In this document: piece after piece, positions 8,733 to 18,147 of the stretch
How positions within the stretch are numbered: the first letter of the stretch is position 1
How the letters are laid out: each line of letters starts with the position of its first letter
IMG/VR virus record: IMGVR_UViG_3300020569_000004
Span: 1-47,229 of that record
Source: a virus
Lineage: Duplodnaviria; Caudoviricetes
Strand: one strand, 5' to 3'
DNA: 47,229 nt
The notes under the pieces: generated by a model
Told to the model about the DNA's origin: nothing
What the model saw: only the letters and a program-made list of their open reading frames with translations
Database searches by the model: none
Position numbers and translations under genes: made by a program

Positions 8733-9023
8733 TCAGAAGAGAGCAATCAAAAAAAGAAGGAAAAGCGCTAAAAGCAAAGTAAAAATTGCAATCAGTGGAG
8801 AGGATTCATTTCTCGCTTGATAGACAGGCCTGCTTTCACGAGGAACAGGAGACGAGACCGGTTGAACAGAAGAAGGCATGGAGGGAGAAGCAGAATAACT
8901 TCTGGTTCTCGCATAAGAACGTGTTGAAGAAGAGGCAGCACGGCGGCTTCTGTAACCCCCGCGAGACCACTTCGCAACAGTTCTGCGCCCATACCTTCTG
9001 TTGTAGCGAAATTCGCTTCTCAC
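8733..9023 (-). CDS. Hypothetical Arg/Ser-rich protein with C-terminal transmembrane helix
   Basis: 96 aa; abuts the scaffold stop; hydrophobic end LIAIFTLLLALFLLFLIALF. Confidence 0.4.
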   Translation of the reverse strand: MRSEFRYNRRYGRRTVAKWSRGGYRSRRAASSSTRSYARTRSYSASPSMPSSVQPVSSPVPRESRPVYQARNESSPLIAIFTLLLALFLLFLIALF

Positions 9024-9929
9024 TCAACCAAGCACACCACTCATTGCCCTTCCCACGGTCGGATCAAGCTTGCCAGCAGCACGAGCTTCACGGTAGAGCC
9101 GTGCAGCTTTTTCCTTTTGCCCCGAGTTAATCATTTCTGCAACGAGAGTTGCGTTCACCGACCCAACAGCAAATGGGTTGTTCGCAGAGGTGTAAGCAGG
9201 AGCGCGAGACGGAGCCATGCCAGAGCCCGTAGCCCCGGAACCATTGAAGTAAATAGAGTAGTCGTCATCCTCACGAAGCTTGCTCACGGCATCCTTGAGA
9301 GACACCGGATCGTCCTGGGGCCCATAAACAACCGTCTCCTCGTCTTCAAGCAAACGGAAATCCTCCCTCTTGAGCTTGAACAAATGCCCCGGCTTCCGAC
9401 AATCAACACGAGCCAGCTCGTCCATCACCTTCTGCTCAAGCAGAGTTGCGCGGCGGCTCTCGCGCTCACGATCGCGCTCCTGCTCGGCCTGGATGATCCG
9501 CTTGTTCTGCTCCTCCAACCGGCGCTTCAGCGAGGCCATCTCCGCCTTCACAACCGTGTCCACGGCATCAGAGGGGTTGGTGTAGACCTGCTGCCCTTGG
9601 GGCTGCTGCTGCCCCCCCTGGGGCTGCTGCTGACCATTCTGGGACTGGCTCCCGCCAGCGCCGCCGCCCTCGCCTTCCTCGCCCTCCTCAGAGGCATTCG
9701 CGGCCTTCAGTGCCAACACCTTCTCGGCGATCTCTTCGTCGCTCATGTCAGGTGTCAGCTCGATGCCAGCCACTTTCAGGAAGGTAGCGATCTGCTTGCG
9801 CTTCTTGAGATCGCCCTGCAGGCCTTCCTTCGTGGCCTTCAGCTTCGTGTTTTCGGTCTCCAGAGCGTTGAGCCGCTCCTCAAGCGACTTGAAAGCACTG
9901 TTTGCCTCGTCGAGAGTCTCAAAAGCCAT
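9024..9929 (-). CDS. Capsid scaffolding protein
   Basis: Coiled-coil, acidic/Gln-rich linker, GATGSG..NNPF C-terminal motif; between portal and capsid genes. Confidence 0.75.
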   Translation of the reverse strand: MAFETLDEANSAFKSLEERLNALETENTKLKATKEGLQGDLKKRKQIATFLKVAGIELTPDMSDEEIAEKVLALKAANASEEGEEGEGGGAGGSQSQNGQQQPQGGQQQPQGQQVYTNPSDAVDTVVKAEMASLKRRLEEQNKRIIQAEQERDRERESRRATLLEQKVMDELARVDCRKPGHLFKLKREDFRLLEDEETVVYGPQDDPVSLKDAVSKLREDDDYSIYFNGSGATGSGMAPSRAPAYTSANNPFAVGSVNATLVAEMINSGQKEKAARLYREARAAGKLDPTVGRAMSGVLG

Positions 9930-9960
9930 ACGGAATTGTTGTCGGTGAAAGAACTATAGC

Positions 9961-11685
9961 TCAAGCCTCGCTTGGCTCAAACCCCGGCTCCGAGACTTCT
10001 CTGTCGGCGCCCTCACTCATTGGGGTTGTGTTGTCTACTTCAACGCGGGGGCGAGAAGATCGCCCATCGGCAGAAGCCCCTTCGCGAGCCCCCATCAGCT
10101 CCCTGATAGTCTCAGTGCCCTTCAGTCCCATCTTTTCGATAATGTCGGAGACACTGAAGCCAGGAATGCCCTCAAAAAGCTCCCCGCTCTCAAGCATACG
10201 CATGAACAATTCAATAGTTATCACCCCATCCTTGAACAGAGAGCTGTAAGCCATTACCTGCTGCGAGTGCAGTTTAACAGGAATGAAGTTCTTGCTAATT
10301 ACAATCTTGACCGCAGAGTAGTTTCTGTAAGCCGCAGCATACATAAGCGCCCTGTTCAAGGCATCTTCAAGCGACTGAACGAGAACTGCAAGCTGAGAAT
10401 CACTCTGAGAGCGGTCAAGAAGCTTCGCAAAGCCGGATTCAGCCTGCGTTTTGCCCGTTGTCATTGCAACTGCGGCCAATCGCTCCATTGATTTCTCAAT
10501 TCTGTCAAGATTTTTAAGTGTAACTTCTGCCCCCTCCATGCTTGCGCTGATCATCCCGAACCTTGCATCAGGATTTTGCGAAGAAAGCGTTCGCCCCGAC
10601 CCCGCCTTAACCTCATCGTCGGGACGGACGCCCGTCATTGTCAAAAAGGGCGAGGCTGTAAGGTGGATTGACTCTGCAAGGTCAGCGGAAACCGCCCAAT
10701 GATGCAGATTTAGCCGCGCAATATCAAGAAGAAGGGGGCGAGCACGGAAAAATGCCTCTTTTTCACCCCCAAGAACGGGTACAAACGGGATAAATGGAAT
10801 AGAGAGATACCTTTCCTCCCCTTCTTGAACATACCTATCGGTATTTCCGGGCACATTTTGCTTCACATACGTCCTGCAGCGAACTCTGCGCCCAGGAGGC
10901 ACGAAGCGAAGCGTGTCATTCACCTCGGAAAAGCTATCTTCCCCAATTTCTACGATGTCATAAACGAAAACAGCGGGCAAAACTTCTTCAAAAAACTCAT
11001 TTGTGGCACTTTTTCGGCGAATTTCCCCCTTAATACGCAAATACGTGGGGAAAGAGCCAAAGAGTGACCGCCCCAAGATCTCTGCACTGAAAATATCGTG
11101 CCTACATTCAAGCACTTGGTCGCACTTGATCAAGACAAGGTAGGGGCGAGGGTTGAGAATTTTTTCCTCTTCTGCACTGAGGTCAGTAGGGAGCTTCGGA
11201 TATTCGACCCAAATACCTGCAACGCCCGCGTCAATGGCTGCCGTAAAAAGCTCTTTGGTGTACGAGGTTAAAGAATGCCCCTCAAGATCGCAATCTTCAA
11301 AAAAATTGCCCCACGACTCATCAATATTTTCGGGAATTACGACGCCCTTGCGAAGAGCCGTACCAATTGTAAGGTTGCGAAGATGCGAATAAAAAGGCTC
11401 GAAGCTGCTTTGCGCCCTGGTTTTGCGAACATCGTAGGATTCCACCTCCTCAAGATGATCCTTGGGGATATATTCGCTAGTCGCTTCGTACAGGAAGAAC
11501 TCGGGCAGGGTGCAAAACTTGATCGGAGACAGCCTTTCCAGCTGCTGAGCCTGCTCGATCGAGTATTCAGCAACGCCCGTAACCCCCTCAACATTCGCTT
11601 CCAGCTCTGGGTGCCGCCGGTCAAACGGATTCAGCCCCAGGGCGTCATCAGCATTTGGGATCAGAGAGTTACCGACGATGACCAC
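9961..11685 (-). CDS. Portal protein (DUF4055-like)
   Basis: 574 aa after TerL; DCDLEG.SL, G...I.VEYP, RPYLV, IPFVP, PLLLDIARLNL.H, AES...K.LDRSQ.DS.L motifs. Confidence 0.85.
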   Translation of the reverse strand: MVIVGNSLIPNADDALGLNPFDRRHPELEANVEGVTGVAEYSIEQAQQLERLSPIKFCTLPEFFLYEATSEYIPKDHLEEVESYDVRKTRAQSSFEPFYSHLRNLTIGTALRKGVVIPENIDESWGNFFEDCDLEGHSLTSYTKELFTAAIDAGVAGIWVEYPKLPTDLSAEEEKILNPRPYLVLIKCDQVLECRHDIFSAEILGRSLFGSFPTYLRIKGEIRRKSATNEFFEEVLPAVFVYDIVEIGEDSFSEVNDTLRFVPPGRRVRCRTYVKQNVPGNTDRYVQEGEERYLSIPFIPFVPVLGGEKEAFFRARPLLLDIARLNLHHWAVSADLAESIHLTASPFLTMTGVRPDDEVKAGSGRTLSSQNPDARFGMISASMEGAEVTLKNLDRIEKSMERLAAVAMTTGKTQAESGFAKLLDRSQSDSQLAVLVQSLEDALNRALMYAAAYRNYSAVKIVISKNFIPVKLHSQQVMAYSSLFKDGVITIELFMRMLESGELFEGIPGFSVSDIIEKMGLKGTETIRELMGAREGASADGRSSRPRVEVDNTTPMSEGADREVSEPGFEPSEA

Positions 11686-11801
11686 TGTTTCTTCGCAGCA
11701 CTATTCACACTCTAACAGCAGAAAAAGCTTCGCAGTTGGGGGCGGGAAAGACCAAAAATGTCGGGGGCGCAAAGGAAAATCAGGGGGCAAGAAAATGCAA
11801 A

Positions 11802-13205
11802 CTATCTCCAACGCTGCCCTCGCCCAAGCCCAATCGACGGCCTTGGCATTGTTTGCCAAACGAGATACCTCAAGGCATCACCAAAGTGAGAATAGTCCAA
11901 TTTTCCACCTTTTGATGGCTTCAGAGAACTATCATAGCCCCAGTTTTCTAGCATTTCTACAGATTCGTGGCACGAGGAACAGTTGATAAAAATCTGCCCC
12001 TTATTAAAGCAATTATTTGCGTGCCCCACAGTTTCTGCGATTGGTGGATTTCGACGCTCGGCTATAACTTTCGCCCCCGTCTCTCTCAAGATGTCGTGAT
12101 CACTCATGGTGGACGACGTGCTAGCATGTGACCCCGAGCTATCAGGGTAAATCATCACCATGTTTCTTGCGACATGAGCAGCGTATTTCCGCTTGATATG
12201 CTCCGCGAGCGAAAAAGTGTCCCTAGAAATGTTCTCGTCAAATATGTGCAAGGCCTGGCCCCCAGAAGGCAGGGGGCGCATAACAGCATAAACACTCGAC
12301 ACCTTGCCCACGTTGAAGTCGCACCCAATGAGGATTGGCTCGCCAGCTTCGGGGCAGAAGATATTTGTAAAGTGCTTGTCTCTCTCAAACTCGCTAAATA
12401 CAGTCGTCGTCTCAAGATTAACAAACTCGCCCTTCACGTAAGCATCAACCAGATTTGAAGGGTATTTCTCCAGCAAGTCTTTGACGTAATTTTCATCGAG
12501 GTAGGGATTGTCTCTGGTATCAGCTCTATAAAGTTGCTTATCATCGCTTTTATTTTTCTCAAAGAAGCCCCAAATAAACTTCCGCCCCTCCGGCGTAGAT
12601 ACAAAACAAATCTGCGGACAATTACCTACACGAACCCGCCCCTGCAGTTTGACCAGGGCCGCCTCGGCAACCTCCTGCTTGACCGTATCCGCCTCGTCAA
12701 TGACCAGGGAGGCGGCGTTGATGCCCACCAGGCGCTCCACGTTCATGAGGGGGCGGAGAAGGATTGTGGTGTCCCCCTCGGGTAGGTGCAGGGTGTAACT
12801 GGGCTGAGGAGAGACTCGGTGCGTGAAAGGAATATCGTATTTATGAAGAAATGAGTTCCACGTAGGAATCGCGATGTCGTTCAACATCACGTAGGTGGGC
12901 TCAAGATAAATGTGAGTATGCCCCTGACTCCTAAAAGCTAAAAGTATTGCCTTGGCGACACTGCTATAAGACTTTCCTGAACCCAATCCACCCACGTAAA
13001 GGATATACCTTGTATCGAAATTGCAAACAAAATCTTTTTGGTGCGGCAGCAGATCTGCAACAATTCGATCTTCGATCTCGTCTACGCTCAGAGCATTGTT
13101 GTTTTTTCTTTTTAATGCCTTGAGCATTGACGTATCATGAAAAAGCCCGAGCGACTGCAGAGCTGCTCTGTCTGCGTATCTTGCGCTGCGGGCTTTTGCT
13201 GGCAC
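11802..13205 (-). CDS. terL: Terminase large subunit
   Basis: LLPHQ Q-motif, Walker A GGLGSGKS, Walker B LVIDEA, STPEG, DNPYL, nuclease IGCDFN and HFGDALRY. Confidence 0.93.
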   Translation of the reverse strand: MPAKARSARYADRAALQSLGLFHDTSMLKALKRKNNNALSVDEIEDRIVADLLPHQKDFVCNFDTRYILYVGGLGSGKSYSSVAKAILLAFRSQGHTHIYLEPTYVMLNDIAIPTWNSFLHKYDIPFTHRVSPQPSYTLHLPEGDTTILLRPLMNVERLVGINAASLVIDEADTVKQEVAEAALVKLQGRVRVGNCPQICFVSTPEGRKFIWGFFEKNKSDDKQLYRADTRDNPYLDENYVKDLLEKYPSNLVDAYVKGEFVNLETTTVFSEFERDKHFTNIFCPEAGEPILIGCDFNVGKVSSVYAVMRPLPSGGQALHIFDENISRDTFSLAEHIKRKYAAHVARNMVMIYPDSSGSHASTSSTMSDHDILRETGAKVIAERRNPPIAETVGHANNCFNKGQIFINCSSCHESVEMLENWGYDSSLKPSKGGKLDYSHFGDALRYLVWQTMPRPSIGLGRGQRWR

Positions 13206-13278
13206 GGCCTACTCTTCTGAGGTGGGGGCGAGGGAAAAATAAAGTGAGGGAAAAAGAAGGGGGGCGAGAAAATGAAAG

Positions 13279-13905
13279 TTATTCAGTAAACGCAGCTTCT
13301 GCAATCACCGGAAACTCTTTAGCAAAAATTTCCTTGCACTCTTCTGCAATTAGTCTATGCTCCAGCTGAGTATCAGGTGCGGTTCTAAGTTGTAGATAAT
13401 GCGCCCAACTACGCAGCGTCCCGTGCATGTAAAGAGTCGTGGGCGTGCAAAGTGGAAGAATTCTCCTCGCCGTTTCTTTTGCAACCCCCGCATCAAGCAT
13501 CTCTTGATACAGTAGGTAGATATTTTTAATACTAATGCCCACCTGAGGGGTAAATCGCTTCAGCACCTCTTCATCGAGACAGTCATCGCTTGACTGATGG
13601 TTTTTCTGGCTCTGCTTTCTGAGCGCGGGCATTTCTGCAACAGAGGTTTTCGAGTACCTGGTCGAGAACTCTTGAAACGAAAAGCTTCTGTGTCTGAGAA
13701 TCTGCGCAGCTATATCTCGCTCTGTCTCAATCTTCACGCACATTGACGCCATCTCAAGTGGAGACCAGTGCTTGTGTTTGATCAGATACCTCAACAGCCT
13801 GGGGGCGGTATCAACATTGTCTTCATTCGATGGATTCGAGACTCTCGCCATTTTAACTATCAGTCGCTCCGCCCCGTCCGTCCGATGAACCAGCTCAACG
13901 CCCAT
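13279..13905 (-). CDS. thyX: FAD-dependent thymidylate synthase
   Basis: HWSPLE, RHRSFSFQEFSTRY ThyX signature, KETARRILP, TQLEHR. Confidence 0.95.
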   Translation of the reverse strand: MGVELVHRTDGAERLIVKMARVSNPSNEDNVDTAPRLLRYLIKHKHWSPLEMASMCVKIETERDIAAQILRHRSFSFQEFSTRYSKTSVAEMPALRKQSQKNHQSSDDCLDEEVLKRFTPQVGISIKNIYLLYQEMLDAGVAKETARRILPLCTPTTLYMHGTLRSWAHYLQLRTAPDTQLEHRLIAEECKEIFAKEFPVIAEAAFTE

Positions 13906-14266
13906 GTCAATTCAAGGCCACTTACCGTCTCTCACCATACCTCAGCTCGTCAACACTGCAGCATTGCCGAGGCGGGCAAAGAAATCCAGTGGGGGCGAGA
14001 GGAAATTGACGAGAAGGGGAAAACAGCCGGGCCAAAAACTTTACAGATTCGATATAAATGCAAGTGTCTGCGTGAAATAGACACTAAAAAAATTTTGAGA
14101 CACTGGTTTGAAAAGGTTGCGAAAATCGATTTTTTTCAGAGTAGGGGGGTGTAAAGTAATTGTGCTGTTGAGATAGATGAGAGTTGATGTGAGTGTTGGG
14201 AATAGGTGAAATAGTGCTGGTGAGAATGGGTAAAAAAAATTTAGCTGGTTGGAATGGGTGAAAAAA

Positions 14267-14324
14267 ATTTAGGGGTGGGGGTACCGGGCCTTGCCAGCGC
14301 CAGCGGGATCACCCCCCCCTAAAT
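14267..14324. other. Inverted repeat flanking a GC-rich core; candidate genome terminus/packaging site
   Basis: ATTTAGGGGTGGGGG ... ACCCCCCCCTAAAT around TACCGGGCCTTGCCAGCGCCAGCGGGATC; non-coding, between TerS and TerL; function inferred. Confidence 0.35.
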
Positions 14325-14352
14325 ATAAAACCGGGGGCGAAGATGCCCCCGG
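14325..14352 (-). terminator. Intrinsic terminator of the 14361-14921 gene
   Basis: Minus strand CCGGGGGC-ATCTTC-GCCCCCGG followed by TTTTAT. Confidence 0.8.
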
Positions 14353-14360
14353 CGGTTTAA

Positions 14361-14921
14361 TCAAAGGTCGCCACTATTAGCAGCATCCTTAACAGACTGA
14401 ACCACTAGATTGGCAGACTTAATATAGTTGCTAAAGCCGTTTCCCTCGACTTTAAGTGTAACGACATCGGCCTTAGATTCGGCCTCAACGTTAAGATCAT
14501 TTGCGATTTTGACAATTAAAGCCCGCAAACTCGTTGCAATTTTATACTGGCGGCACAGACCAATATAAAGAGAAGCTATGTCAACGGTGCCAATCTTGCC
14601 CTTGTTTTGTGCGGCCAGGCCAGCAACACAGCACCTAAACACGAAATACGCTTTGACGCGGTTACGATCATAAACGTCCTGAGATTTATAGATTGGCTGC
14701 ATCCTGCTAAACACTTGTGCGCTTTTCTTTTCAGGTGTTTTCTTTTCAATCTTAAACTCAGACCATGACAAACCACAGGCGAGCATTATTTTAATAGACT
14801 TTTCATCCTTAAAGATCTCAGTATAAATATCGGAAACGTCAACAGTTTTAACAGACTCCGCAGACTTTGCCGCAGACTCAATCGCAGCATCAAACTGATC
14901 CAGAAAATTAAACTCAGGCAT
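14361..14921 (-). CDS. Hypothetical protein, isolated transcription unit
   Basis: 186-aa ORF with AAGATC-ATG start, upstream hairpin and downstream terminator. Confidence 0.75.
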   Translation of the reverse strand: MPEFNFLDQFDAAIESAAKSAESVKTVDVSDIYTEIFKDEKSIKIMLACGLSWSEFKIEKKTPEKKSAQVFSRMQPIYKSQDVYDRNRVKAYFVFRCCVAGLAAQNKGKIGTVDIASLYIGLCRQYKIATSLRALIVKIANDLNVEAESKADVVTLKVEGNGFSNYIKSANLVVQSVKDAANSGDL

Positions 14922-15002
14922 GATCTTAAATAAATGAAGGAAAGGTGCCAGCTTTCGCCAGCTCCCATATTATTACAAATATAAAGCGCAAACGGTAGAG
15001 GC

Positions 15003-15029
15003 AGTGTGCCACTTTTTAACTGTCACACT
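15003..15029. promoter_or_regulatory. Imperfect palindrome AGTGTGCCACTT-N3-AACTGTCACACT upstream of the 14921 gene
   Basis: 10/12 matching arms; related copy at 45263-45285. Confidence 0.5.
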
Positions 15030-15148
15030 AACAACTTTATATTTAGCATGTCACACTAAATATAGCTGGCGCGGGCTTGTGAACACACTAAATGTAGCTT
15101 AATTTTGCTTGTAAAGTATAAGCTCTCCAGGCGCTCAAATATACTGCC

Positions 15149-15223
15149 AGCAGACCCACGGTAACTAACACTTAGCAGACCCACGGTAACTAACACTTAG
15201 CAGACCCACAGTAACTAACACTT
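15149..15223. repeat. 3 x 25-bp tandem direct repeat AGCAGACCCACRGTAACTAACACTT
   Basis: Units at 15149, 15174 and 15199; one mismatch. Confidence 0.95.
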
Positions 15224-15267
15224 AGCGCGGCTTGTGAACATAACAAATAAGATAAGACTTCCAGGCT

Positions 15268-15558
15268 ATACTTTACACTTAACTTGTTTAATACTTTATA
15301 CTTAACTAATTGATACTTTACATTTAGTATTTGCTATACTTTATATTTAGCTGTTTGATACTTTATACTTAGCAAGTTGATACTTTATATTTAGCTAGTT
15401 GATACTTTATACTTAACAAACTCTGATACTTTATATTTAGTAGATTGCTATACTTTAGACTTAATTTGTTTAATACTTTATATTTAGCAAACTTGTTTAC
15501 TTTATACTTAACTTGTTTGATACTTTATACTTAGTAGGTTGCTATACTTTATACTTAG
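15268..15558. repeat. 13-unit AT-rich iteron-like array, core ATACTTTATAYTTAR, 22-24 bp period
   Basis: Cores at 15268, 15291, 15313, 15336, 15358, 15380, 15402, 15426, 15450, 15473, 15497, 15520 and 15544, separated by 7-9 nt variable linkers. Confidence 0.95.
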
Positions 15559-15616
15559 CATTACACCTAAACTATAACACCAACTTAAACAGTAAGCAAA
15601 CAGAAGCCCCAGCTTA

Positions 15617-15812
15617 ACAAACACGCCAGCAAACAAACACGCCAGCGAACTTAAGTGACCGCTAACAAACACAAGTGACTGTGAACAAACACAAGTGAAT
15701 GGCGGCTGCAAATGGTGGCTGCAAATGAATGCAACTGTGAATGAATGAATGTAAATGGTGGCTGCGGCTAGTAAAGAAAGTTGGGGGCGAGGAAATGAAT
15801 GTGAATGAATGG
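15617..15812. repeat. Short low-complexity repeats (ACAAACACGCCAGC x2, AACAAACACAAGTGA x2, ATGGYGGCTGC x3, GAAT runs)
   Basis: Read directly; non-coding 3' of the wHTH gene. Confidence 0.7.
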
Positions 15813-15813
15813 A

Positions 15814-16281
15814 TTAGTTTTCATCTTCAAAAGCTGAATCGAACTTCTTAAGATAAAACCCCTGTCTCTTCTTTCCGCCCACACTAAAGATTCCCGGATC
15901 AATCAGAAAGTATCTGTCTCCATTCGACTCAACAAAGAGGGCGACTAACCTAGCTTTCTTGAGGCGAGACAAACTAGAAGAAACTGAATTAGCAACAATA
16001 CCAAGCTCTGCTGCAAGATTTTTAACCATAAATTTAACCTTGCTAGTTCTTGTATCACATAAGCTCATCATCGAATACAGCACACAAACATCTCTCTGAT
16101 TGATTTTCTTTTCTCTGATTAACTTAAATATTTTCGCCCCCTGCTGACCATAGAATAATCCAAACCCAATAGTTTCTGAATCGTAGTTGTCGCTCTGAAA
16201 ATGTGTAAACTCACCAAGATTTCGCATAACGGTTTTGTGATAACGTCCAAAGGATTCTACGGGACCACGATAATGTAACAC
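15814..16281 (-). CDS. Winged-helix DNA-binding protein, RepL-like (start possibly ATG 16227)
   Basis: VKNLAAELGIVANSVSSSLSRLKKARLV helix-turn-helix then YFLIDP.IFSVG wing; adjacent to the repeat arrays. Confidence 0.65.
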   Translation of the reverse strand: MLHYRGPVESFGRYHKTVMRNLGEFTHFQSDNYDSETIGFGLFYGQQGAKIFKLIREKKINQRDVCVLYSMMSLCDTRTSKVKFMVKNLAAELGIVANSVSSSLSRLKKARLVALFVESNGDRYFLIDPGIFSVGGKKRQGFYLKKFDSAFEDEN

Positions 16282-16516
16282 AGCTACGAAGCACCCTCAA
16301 GGCCTTCGTTTTTTGGCTCGCACACAAAACAGCATACTCAGAACTCTCTCCACCACAGGGCCAAAATCAAGTGCTTCTATTATCTTATTAGGTACAGCAA
16401 CCAATCAATGCCTTGCGCCCAAAATCCCCCGTAACAAAAACTCGCCCGCAACAACTCACAGCAACAAACAAATTCAAGCAGCAAACTTTTGGCTTGTGAA
16501 CACTGCAGCAATAACT

Positions 16517-17275
16517 TTAATCTTCCACTTCTTCCAAAGCAGCTAACAACTGATCCACCCCAAGACTGCTTGCCTGGAGATTCCGCCCAATGTCTCCCGC
16601 CTTCGATGCGGCGGCTAGAATGCCAGGCACATCTTTTATATCTATATCAGCATCAGCAGCAATAAACTTATCCAAGCTTCTACTTACAATTGCAGCCAGT
16701 TTGGCAGCATCTGCAGTTAAGCTGCGCCCAAGAAACTCTTGCTGCAATCTATATTCTTCAAGCTTCTTTTTATGCTCCAGCGCCCTCTGGTTGCTCTCTT
16801 CTTTCATCAGCAGCTGTAGTTGATACTTATCGTAATCTGCAACTCTTTTGCCCCAATTGTCCCTTGCAGCTATTTTGAGCACTCTGGTTTCTGATAAGTT
16901 GTAGATTAAAGATATGTATTTTGTTGATCGTCCCGATCCACTATCTCGATACAAACAGAACATTGCAAAATCTTTCTCTCCCTCAGCAGGAGCAAGCCTG
17001 CTTCTATAATCCCAAGATTGTAGTTTGTTAGTAGCGGAATATGGATCTTGTAAAGAGCTAGAAATATCCTCATCAGCAAAATCCTCTTCATCACTTCGCG
17101 AGAAACTATTCTGATCATCATCAAACAGTTCATCATCTGCATCAATTTGATCAGTTGCAGAATCACTGCCATGGGGCGGGAAACTTTTCATTTCAGAATT
17201 ACTTTCAACATCTACGATTCGATCAGTTGCTTGCACTTCATCTTGATCTTCAAAGCTTGCAGAGCTGTTAGTCAT
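16517..17275 (-). CDS. Probable terminase small subunit
   Basis: E.EK.FAMFCLYRD.G..RS......W.KRV..YD HTH-type motif and coiled coil seen in one TerS group; acidic N-terminus; upstream of TerL. Confidence 0.55.
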   Translation of the reverse strand: MTNSSASFEDQDEVQATDRIVDVESNSEMKSFPPHGSDSATDQIDADDELFDDDQNSFSRSDEEDFADEDISSSLQDPYSATNKLQSWDYRSRLAPAEGEKDFAMFCLYRDSGSGRSTKYISLIYNLSETRVLKIAARDNWGKRVADYDKYQLQLLMKEESNQRALEHKKKLEEYRLQQEFLGRSLTADAAKLAAIVSRSLDKFIAADADIDIKDVPGILAAASKAGDIGRNLQASSLGVDQLLAALEEVED

Positions 17276-17312
17276 GACAAAAGAGAAATAGAGGGGGCGG
17301 GGAGCTGTAAAC

Positions 17313-17795
17313 TCAGTATAGATCCATATATTCTGTAGACTTCTGGTAGACAACTCTGCCTGATGATTCGTCTCGGTAGAAGACTCGGGGGGCGTGATAA
17401 ATACTACCTAAGCAAACAATGACATGTTTTACAACATCCTTTTGTTTGCGATACTTTGTGAACAGCATTGCTGTTACAGAAAAGCTCTTGCAAATAGATT
17501 CACTGTTATCTTGCACATACTGTTGCACAGATGCTAGAGAGAAATTGTTGCGATCGAACAATTGGGGGCGATCTAATATTTCACTTAAAAACACATCCTT
17601 TCTAAACAATCTTTTGTTGTGATCGAGAGCGGTATAAAAAGAAGCTTCGTCTTGAGCTTGCAATGGCAGACTAAATATCTCTCTATCGTAAACTAACACT
17701 TGATTTTTATTTAGCAGCATTCTCTTGACTGATCTCAGCCTTCTAATTATCTCAGCATTTGTCATTCGCAAAGCATTATTAACTTTGTAGCTCAC
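17313..17795 (-). CDS. Hypothetical protein
   Basis: 160-aa ORF co-oriented with neighbours. Confidence 0.55.
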   Translation of the reverse strand: MSYKVNNALRMTNAEIIRRLRSVKRMLLNKNQVLVYDREIFSLPLQAQDEASFYTALDHNKRLFRKDVFLSEILDRPQLFDRNNFSLASVQQYVQDNSESICKSFSVTAMLFTKYRKQKDVVKHVIVCLGSIYHAPRVFYRDESSGRVVYQKSTEYMDLY

Positions 17796-18147
17796 TTGCC
17801 CCTCACTGTTTGTCTTGCAATTGCTTCAACAATCTACTTCAACGACAAACAAAGAGCAATCTTTGACGAGAATCTCTTTCTCGCCCCCATGGCTTTCTTC
17901 TGCTGCGGGCAAGCTCTCGGATCGAGGGCCAGGAGCCTCAGGAACAGCCCTCTAGCCTCTTTGACGGGGAAACGCCTTGCCAAGGGGGCAAGCAGCCTTG
18001 CAGGCGATTCTCGAAGGGGGCGGGGGATTGAAGAAATGTGGGGGCGGGAATAAAGTGTTGACTGATTTAAGTTGCAGAAAGCCAAGAAAAATGCGCCATG
18101 CTCTTACGAGCACAGCGCAGACACACACTATTTAAGAAAGAAAGAAA

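Noticed and set aside
15268-15558. CRISPR or mini-CRISPR array
   Set aside because: The 15-bp degenerate core and 7-9 nt mutually similar linkers are far too short for repeats and spacers; no cas genes.
17796-18085. ORFs 17796-18053 and 17834-18085, and the similar 31674-31925; G-quadruplex potential near 18016-18048
   Set aside because: Atypical Pro/Arg-rich translations with no motif; the G-runs are explained by clustered GGGGCG motifs; no support for coding or G4 function.
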